64,000 nucleotides of DNA, from the NCBI GenBank assembly GCA_035943695.1, contig DASZBW010000022.1, positions 4,102 to 68,101 on the forward strand, read 5' to 3'. This DNA comes from Acidobacteriaceae bacterium (GTDB taxonomy: Bacteria > Acidobacteriota > Terriglobia > Terriglobales > Acidobacteriaceae). How positions within the stretch are numbered: the first letter of the stretch is position 1; each line of letters starts with the position of its first letter. The position numbers and the translations under genes were made by a program. Shown here piece by piece: positions 57,838-64,000 of this stretch. The notes beneath the pieces were generated by a model, which worked only from the letters and a program-made list of their open reading frames with translations, made no database searches and had not been told where the DNA came from.

Positions 57838-59378
57838 TGGACATTGAAAACACCAAAGCGGTTATCGACACGGTGAATCCTGCTCCCTGTTCCCTGCTCA
57901 CTGTTCCCTCAGCCGTTGACGACGACGACGACTCCACCCCTTTCGACAAACTCCGCGAAGAGTGCGGCGTCATGGCCGTCTACGGCCACCCCGACGCCGC
58001 CCGCCTCACCTATTGGGGCCTCTACGCCCTGCAGCATCGCGGCCAGGAGTCAGGCGGCATCGCCTCCGCCGACGGCACCGACGTCAACGACATCAAGGGC
58101 ATGGGCCTCGTCTCCGAGATCTTCACCGACGACGTCCTCGCCCGCCTCCCCGGCCACATCGCCATCGGCCACACCCGCTACTCCACCACCGGCGACTCCG
58201 CCCTGCTCAACGCGCAGCCCATCTCCGTCGAGTCCACCAAGGGCCTCATCGCCATCGCCCACAACGGGAACCTCGTCAACCTCGGCAACTCCAGGGCACG
58301 CCTCGAGCGCGACGGCGCGCTCTTTCAGACGACCTCCGACTCCGAGATCATCGTCCAGCTCATCGCGCACTCCAAGTGCTCTATGCTGGTCGACTGCATC
58401 GCCGAATCGCTCGCCCAGGTCGAAGGCGCCTTCTCCATCGTCATGATGACGCGCAACCGCATCTTCGCCGCCCGCGATCCTCACGGCTTCCGCCCACTCT
58501 CCATGGGCCGCATCCCCGGTGTCGACGGCGCACCCGACACCTTCGTCTTCGCCTCCGAGACCTGCGCCTTCGATCTCCTCCACGCCAAGTACGAGCGCGA
58601 CGTAGAACCCGGCGAACTCGTCATGGTCTCCGAAGACGGCGTCACCAGCCGTCGCTACTCACCCCAGACCACCCCAAACGCCAGCTGCATCTTCGAGCAC
58701 GTATACTTCGCCCGCCCCGACTCCCGCATCTACGGCCGCTGGGTCCAGCAGTCCCGCGAAGAGATGGGCCGCCAGTTGGCCCGCGAGTCCGGCATCTCCG
58801 CCGACCTCGTCGTCCCCGTCCCCGACTCCGGCGTCACCGCCGCCATCGGCTACGCCGCAGAGAGCGGCATCCCCTTCAACCTCGGCCTCATCCGCAACCA
58901 CTACGTCGGCCGCACCTTTATCCAGCCAGAGCAGCGAGTCCGCGACTTCGGCGTCCGCATGAAGCTCAACCCCGTCCGCAGCCTGCTCGAAGGCAAGCGC
59001 GTCATCCTCATCGACGACTCCATCATCCGCGGGACTACATCCAGAAAAATCGTCCGCATGGTAAGAGCCGCAGGCGCAACCGAAGTCCACATGCGCATCA
59101 CCTGTCCACCCACCATCTCACCCTGCTTCTACGGCGTCGACACACCCAGCAAAAAAGACCTCATCGCCGCCAACAACACCGTCGAGCAGATCCGCGATTT
59201 TATCGAAGCCGACTCACTTGCCTATCTCTCCCTAGTCGGTCTCACGCATTCCTGCACCACCGGTGAGCCTGCAAACGGCCTGTCCCCCGCCAGCTTCTGC
59301 ACTGCCTGCTACACCGGCAACTATCCCACACAATGGGTCGACGTCGAAGAGATTCTGCCCGCGACAGTAGGCGCTTAG
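57834..59378 (+). CDS. purF: Amidophosphoribosyltransferase
   Basis: EECG (Ntn Cys), QHRGQE, GHTRYST, AHNG, VPDSG and [11 protein letters not shown] motifs. Confidence 0.97.
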   Translation: MMDIENTKAVIDTVNPAPCSLLTVPSAVDDDDDSTPFDKLREECGVMAVYGHPDAARLTYWGLYALQHRGQESGGIASADGTDVNDIKGMGLVSEIFTDDVLARLPGHIAIGHTRYSTTGDSALLNAQPISVESTKGLIAIAHNGNLVNLGNSRARLERDGALFQTTSDSEIIVQLIAHSKCSMLVDCIAESLAQVEGAFSIVMMTRNRIFAARDPHGFRPLSMGRIPGVDGAPDTFVFASETCAFDLLHAKYERDVEPGELVMVSEDGVTSRRYSPQTTPNASCIFEHVYFARPDSRIYGRWVQQSREEMGRQLARESGISADLVVPVPDSGVTAAIGYAAESGIPFNLGLIRNHYVGRTFIQPEQRVRDFGVRMKLNPVRSLLEGKRVILIDDSIIRGTTSRKIVRMVRAAGATEVHMRITCPPTISPCFYGVDTPSKKDLIAANNTVEQIRDFIEADSLAYLSLVGLTHSCTTGEPANGLSPASFCTACYTGNYPTQWVDVEEILPATVGA

Positions 59379-59403
59379 CTCAGTCACCGCCGCAGCATCG
59401 CAG

Positions 59404-59784
59404 CTATTCGCCGCCCTTACAGCTCGCGCGAGCCTTCTCCAGCAGCTCCGGCGAATACTTCTCCGGTATCTTGACGAACTTGACGTTATCCTTCTGCGCC
59501 CGCTGCATCATGTCGTTCATCACGTCCTGCGTCTCCAGATAGACCTTCTGATCCAGCGTATAGTTCTGCGTTTCAATCACCGTCAACTTCCCCGTGACGG
59601 TTGCGGTCACAGCGACGCCCCAGAACATTCCCTTCGTCTTCTTGCCTTCCGCGAAGATCACGCAACTAGAGTTATGAGTCAGCATGCCCCACGCAGTCGG
59701 TTCCTGAGCCACCGGGTCCTTCGCAGAGGCAAAGCGGAACGAAGACGCGACAGTCAAGAGCAAGATGCAGCAACGAAGTTTCAT
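59404..59784 (-). CDS. Secreted hypothetical protein
   Basis: Signal peptide; ORF fills the gap with typical codon usage. Confidence 0.6.
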   Translation of the reverse strand: MKLRCCILLLTVASSFRFASAKDPVAQEPTAWGMLTHNSSCVIFAEGKKTKGMFWGVAVTATVTGKLTVIETQNYTLDQKVYLETQDVMNDMMQRAQKDNVKFVKIPEKYSPELLEKARASCKGGE

Positions 59785-59946
59785 ATAAGCCTCGGAATGA
59801 CTTCGATATCCTATCTGCCCAGAAAGCCCTCGTCAATTTGTCGGATCGGACGCGCAACCTAGCAGATCGTTTCGCAACAATCGACAGCAAAAAGAACAGC
59901 CACCGGATTCACCCAGTGGCTGTTCGACTACACGCTTACAACCCGA

Positions 59947-61425
59947 CTACAAGTTGGGAATGGTCCATTTCTGATTGCTCCCACCGGAACAATCGAGGAT
60001 GTCCAGCTGGATGCCATTCGTCGTGCTCGAACCCGGGATATCAAGGCAGCGTCCCGATCCCGCGTTGACCAGCGTACCGCCAACCGGAGTCCAGGTCTGG
60101 CTCCCTGCCCCGCTGCAGCTTTCCAGATCAACCAGGCTGCCGTTGCCGGTTCCGCCGCCAGCGACACTCACGCATTTCCCGTCAAACCGCACCGTGTGAT
60201 TGTAGATCTCCCACTGCTGCGACGAATTGTTGTTGCAGCCGTAGCTATCGACATGTGTTCCGCTGCTCGCCAAGCCTCCCTTGTCATCCAGGCACTTGCC
60301 AGAGATGCCCGAAGTGATCGCGCCCTGTGCCGGAGCCAGAAACTGCTGATTGGTCCCCGATCCGCAATCCCAGATGTCCAGCTGCGACGAGGTGTTGCCG
60401 CCCGGATCATCCAGGCAGCGGCCGGAAGTCGGATTCTTCAATGTTCCGTTGCTCTGCACCGTCCATTGCTGATTCGCTCCGCCGTTGCACGTGTAAAGAT
60501 CCACCAGGCTGCCGTTACCCGTTCCTCCGCCAACAACATCCAGGCAAAGATAATGCGTAATCACCCTGCCGCTGTTGAAGTTGAACTGCTGCCGGCCTGC
60601 ATTCGCGCAAGGGGTGATGTAAACCTTCGCGCCCGAGGTCAACGTCCCGCCATCCAGGCATTCGCCCGAGATACCCGAGTAGACATAACCGGTTGGCCGC
60701 GTCACGCTCCCAGCCACAGGATCCTTCACCCATCCGTTGCCGATCACAGTCAGGATCGCTCCGTCCCATGCATCCGAAAGTTTCTGGTAGCCGCCGTCAT
60801 TTGGGTGCAGCCCATCTGAAAGGTCGGACGTAGTCAGCGCGCTCGTATCCACCAGGATGATATGTTTCCCCGCACTAGCCCGCGAGTTGATGATGCCAGG
60901 AAGGGCATTGTTGAATGTAACAACCTGGGACTCTACGCTCGGTGTCGCGTTAACAATCAACTTCGCCACCAGCACCGTAGCGTCCGGCTCGTTAGAAAAT
61001 ATCTGGTCAATCAGCGACGCCAGCCTGTTCGGAGCATTCGCCACGTCATCATTCAGTCGCAGATCATTAATTCCCGCCAGCAGCAGTACAACATTCGGCT
61101 TGTAGCTGGCCAAAGCTGTATTCGTCAACGCCGCAATCTGAGCGATCTCGTAGCCCGAGTGTCCTTCATGGTCCGGATCAGCCGTTGGTCCATCGTTCAG
61201 CGTACCAACCATATCCACGGTTCCCACCTGCGTCGACAAAGAGCTGTAGAGATCCCCACGGTAGCCATTCCCCGTGCTGCTCTTATAACCAGCCGTAATC
61301 GAGTCGCCCAGGGGCATGATTCTGAGGTTGCTTGTCGATTGCGCAAGAGCCGGCAATCCAGTAAGAGCCAGCACTGCACTGGCCGCGAAACTACACACTA
61401 CCGAAATTCGGGGGAGGCGAAGCAT
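59947..61425 (-). CDS. Secreted SGNH hydrolase with two ricin-B lectin domains
   Basis: PLGDSIT, GIND and DGLHPN motifs; repeated CLD...C.G..NQ.W; AGGAG RBS before the ATG at 61425. Confidence 0.9.
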   Translation of the reverse strand: MLRLPRISVVCSFAASAVLALTGLPALAQSTSNLRIMPLGDSITAGYKSSTGNGYRGDLYSSLSTQVGTVDMVGTLNDGPTADPDHEGHSGYEIAQIAALTNTALASYKPNVVLLLAGINDLRLNDDVANAPNRLASLIDQIFSNEPDATVLVAKLIVNATPSVESQVVTFNNALPGIINSRASAGKHIILVDTSALTTSDLSDGLHPNDGGYQKLSDAWDGAILTVIGNGWVKDPVAGSVTRPTGYVYSGISGECLDGGTLTSGAKVYITPCANAGRQQFNFNSGRVITHYLCLDVVGGGTGNGSLVDLYTCNGGANQQWTVQSNGTLKNPTSGRCLDDPGGNTSSQLDIWDCGSGTNQQFLAPAQGAITSGISGKCLDDKGGLASSGTHVDSYGCNNNSSQQWEIYNHTVRFDGKCVSVAGGGTGNGSLVDLESCSGAGSQTWTPVGGTLVNAGSGRCLDIPGSSTTNGIQLDILDCSGGSNQKWTIPNL

Positions 61426-61632
61426 AGGGATACTCCTAGAGGGGATATAAGCTAGTCGCAAAAAGTTCGGCACAGCAACCCATCGCGCGGTGCTCGTTAG
61501 GCGACGACGGAACCATGGAATTTTATGCACGGCGAATGTATGCGCCCGACCCTGCGCGTGTCAATGCTTTCCTGCAAGATTTCGCGCCTGGGCCATCCAG
61601 GTACATCTGCGCCCGCAAAAGCAAGTTCAGCT

Positions 61633-61680
61633 TCGCCGTCACCGTTCCTTAATCGCCGTCACCGTTCCTTAATCGTCGTC
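61633..61680. repeat. 20-bp tandem duplication at the phosphoesterase stop codon
   Basis: TCGCCGTCACCGTTCCTTAA twice, plus a partial third copy. Confidence 0.8.
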
Positions 61681-62946
61681 CGGCGCCCCCGACCCCTTCT
61701 GATGCAGAAAGAAATCCTTCGTCAGCCGCGTAGGAATTGGGACAAAGGGCGCCGGCGCCTGCGTGTAGTCGAAGCAATCCCGAAAATCGTCCGCAGCGGT
61801 ATCGCGAGTCCCCAGCGTAGGCAATCCGAAGATCTCCTCCGTGTACCGCAGAAATCCACTCGCCTCATGCGTCGTATGCGACACATACCCACGCCGCGCA
61901 TACGGCCCAACCACGATCACCGGCACACGAAAGCCGAGGCCCATGTCATCGGTCTTCGGCGGCGCAACATGGTCATAGAACCCGCCCCAATCGTCCCACG
62001 CAATAAATATCGTCGTCGACTTCCAATACTTACTCTGCCCAATCGCGTTCACCACCGTCGCAACCCAATCCGGCCCCTGCGCCGGAGCCCCCGGATGATC
62101 GGAGTTATTCATCGCCGGCACAACCCACGTCACCTGCGCCAGATGTCCCGCCGCAATATCCGTCAGGATCGAAGTCTCCGGCGAGGTGACATCCTCATGC
62201 CAGTCCGCACCGAACCTTATATGCCGAATCGCCTGGTACGCGGACAGCATAAAGAAGAGATCATCATGCGCAGACGGCGCATAGTAGCGCCACGTAATTC
62301 CCTTCGCATCCAGCAGGTCCGCCATCGTCTTGTAGTCGAAGCACGGATATACCCCCGGCCGATCCGTCCCATTCGGCCCCACCAGCGGCACGCGCGCATT
62401 CGCCTTCGCATCGCAGCCCCAAACATTCCCACTCGGATTCTCGCTCGCCTTCCCGGACTGCCCCGCGATCATGTACTGATGCGCCACAAAGCTCGGCCCA
62501 GTGTTCGACTGAAACATCCGGTCGCCCAGCGTGTACTGCCGCGCCAGCGTCCAGTACGCCTCAATCTCTTTCGGCGAAATATACGAATAAGCGGTAGCAG
62601 CCACCTTCGCATCGGGCGCAAAGTTATCCATCTTGCCGCCGTCCCACTGCCTCCACCACCCCGTATGCGTGTGGTCCAGATCCGGTCCATTGCCCAGCGC
62701 AGTCGGCCGCAGCGGTATCGACGCGCCATGCAGCATCCCCGAGTTCACCGTATCCGCCCCAGGAAATCCATGGAACAGATGATCGAACGAGCGATTCTCC
62801 TGCATGATGACAACGATGTGCTGAATCGGCATCGCCACTGCGGATGCATCCACTCGATGCGTGCGCCGCGATACTACCGTAAACGCCGTATACCCCGCTA
62901 CAAAGGCGATCAATACGAGGATGACAAATCGTCCCGCAGCACGCAT
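61669..62946 (-). CDS. Phosphoesterase (phospholipase C/AcpA family)
   Basis: [27 protein letters not shown] and LGFRVP motifs. Confidence 0.9.
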   Translation of the reverse strand: MRAAGRFVILVLIAFVAGYTAFTVVSRRTHRVDASAVAMPIQHIVVIMQENRSFDHLFHGFPGADTVNSGMLHGASIPLRPTALGNGPDLDHTHTGWWRQWDGGKMDNFAPDAKVAATAYSYISPKEIEAYWTLARQYTLGDRMFQSNTGPSFVAHQYMIAGQSGKASENPSGNVWGCDAKANARVPLVGPNGTDRPGVYPCFDYKTMADLLDAKGITWRYYAPSAHDDLFFMLSAYQAIRHIRFGADWHEDVTSPETSILTDIAAGHLAQVTWVVPAMNNSDHPGAPAQGPDWVATVVNAIGQSKYWKSTTIFIAWDDWGGFYDHVAPPKTDDMGLGFRVPVIVVGPYARRGYVSHTTHEASGFLRYTEEIFGLPTLGTRDTAADDFRDCFDYTQAPAPFVPIPTRLTKDFFLHQKGSGAPDDD

Positions 62947-62948
62947 GT

Positions 62949-63467
62949 CTACTCCGATGGCAGCCGAAGCGCAGCATAGTCGCATCCAGCAACCAACGCA
63001 AGCGCCTCCACCACAAGATTGTGGTCCTCCCGCTGCGCCAGCCCCGAGACAGTGACCGCACCAACGATTCCGGTACCGGCTACGTTGATCGGAAACGATC
63101 CGCCATGCGCCGCATACTCCTCCTCCGGCAGGTTGTAGCGCGCCCCAAACGTCATCCCCGACTGCGCCAGCAAACGCCCCACATGGTACGAGCTCTTATG
63201 GAACCGCGCGACAACAGCCGACTTCCGCGCCACCCACCGCTGATTCTCCGGCGTGGTCCCTGGCATCGCCGCAAAGAAAAGCTGCTGATGCGGTGCCCCG
63301 AACCGCCGCACATCGATCGCGACGCGGTGTCCACGCTCTATCGCCATTCCCCGCAACGTAGTCCCGATCACCCAGGCAATCTCCGGCCCAAAACGGCTCA
63401 GAGCGAGCTCCGCCTCCTGCTTCGCAATGGCAGTGATATCCGCAGCAATCTCGTCGTTGGTTGGCAT
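62949..63467 (-). CDS. Heme-degrading domain protein (UPF0303, GlcG/HbpS superfamily)
   Basis: [22 protein letters not shown] and VTVSGL.Q.EDH motifs. Confidence 0.85.
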   Translation of the reverse strand: MPTNDEIAADITAIAKQEAELALSRFGPEIAWVIGTTLRGMAIERGHRVAIDVRRFGAPHQQLFFAAMPGTTPENQRWVARKSAVVARFHKSSYHVGRLLAQSGMTFGARYNLPEEEYAAHGGSFPINVAGTGIVGAVTVSGLAQREDHNLVVEALALVAGCDYAALRLPSE

Positions 63468-63583
63468 CAATCTCCTGTCATGCCACCCATGGAAACTAAA
63501 ACGACGCATCCACAGGCGACAGCAACAGAATACCCACCTTCCACCGTCAATACACTATGTTTTTGCGGCCGCTATACCCCACG

Positions 63584-64000
63584 TCACGATTGACCGATCA
63601 GCACCCCGGCCGCAAACACCAGCCCGCCCCCGACAATCACCTGCAGGCAGCTCAACGCGAAGCTCGTCTTGAAGTATCGATGCCGGATGAGCGCGATCAC
63701 TACCAGTTCGATGCCAACCACCGCATACGCCCAGGTGAGCGCGGTATGAACGTCGGGGATAAGAAACGGCAGCGTATGCAGGAACCCACCGATGAATGTC
63801 ATCAGCCCCGTAATCAGCCCACGGAACACCGGCTTGCCGCGCCCGGTCAGCTCGCCGTCATCTGACAGCCCCTCGGAGAAGGCCATCGAGATTCCCGCCC
63901 CCACCGCCGACGCCGCACCGATCAGAAACACCGTATGCGAGTTATGGGTAGCAAATGCAGTAGCGAAGATAGGTGCCAGCGTCGAGACCGAGCCATCCAT
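63584..64000 (-). CDS. VIT1/CCC1-type iron exporter (MbfA-like), C-terminal part; runs off the window end
   Basis: MDGSVSTLAPIFA, GAGISMAFSEGLSDDG..TGRG and VGIELVVIA.IR.RY motifs. Confidence 0.8.
   Translation of the reverse strand: MDGSVSTLAPIFATAFATHNSHTVFLIGAASAVGAGISMAFSEGLSDDGELTGRGKPVFRGLITGLMTFIGGFLHTLPFLIPDVHTALTWAYAVVGIELVVIALIRHRYFKTSFALSCLQVIVGGGLVFAAGVLIGQS

Overview
A 64-kb chromosomal segment, about 60-65% GC by eye. Gene content and protein style suggest Acidobacteriota (Terriglobales; Granulicella/Edaphobacter-like), which is inference only. It is mostly core genes. Envelope biogenesis: lptD end, DsbA-like, SurA-like, bamD, mltG, alr. RNA modification: TrmJ-type, RluB-type, mnmG, RlmD-type. 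Redox/sulfur block: msrA, egtB-egtD, iscR-iscS-iscU-iscA-hscB, msrB, RidA. Also tRNA-Val(GAC), rpmB, rel, dnaB, comEC, purL-purF, a VapBC module, three acyltransferase-3 genes and several secreted proteins. No transposase, integrase, phage gene or CRISPR array was found. The main unusual feature is several families of short palindromic elements (30-75 bp), all between 31.8 and 48.3 kb (one heptamer tract at 57.9 kb) and all in the same orientation. Their stems co-vary between copies. They occur between genes and also in frame inside mnmG (837 aa versus about 630 typically), a Gfo/Idh/MocA dehydrogenase and a DnaD-like gene. Several are preceded by short stutter arrays at the 5' junction. Other observations: a synonymously diverged duplicate of the rel 3' end bracketing an acyltransferase gene, a lipoprotein that seems to need an ATC start, and a G/C skew change across the window. 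All analysis was by eye. No searches were run, and many start codons are estimates.
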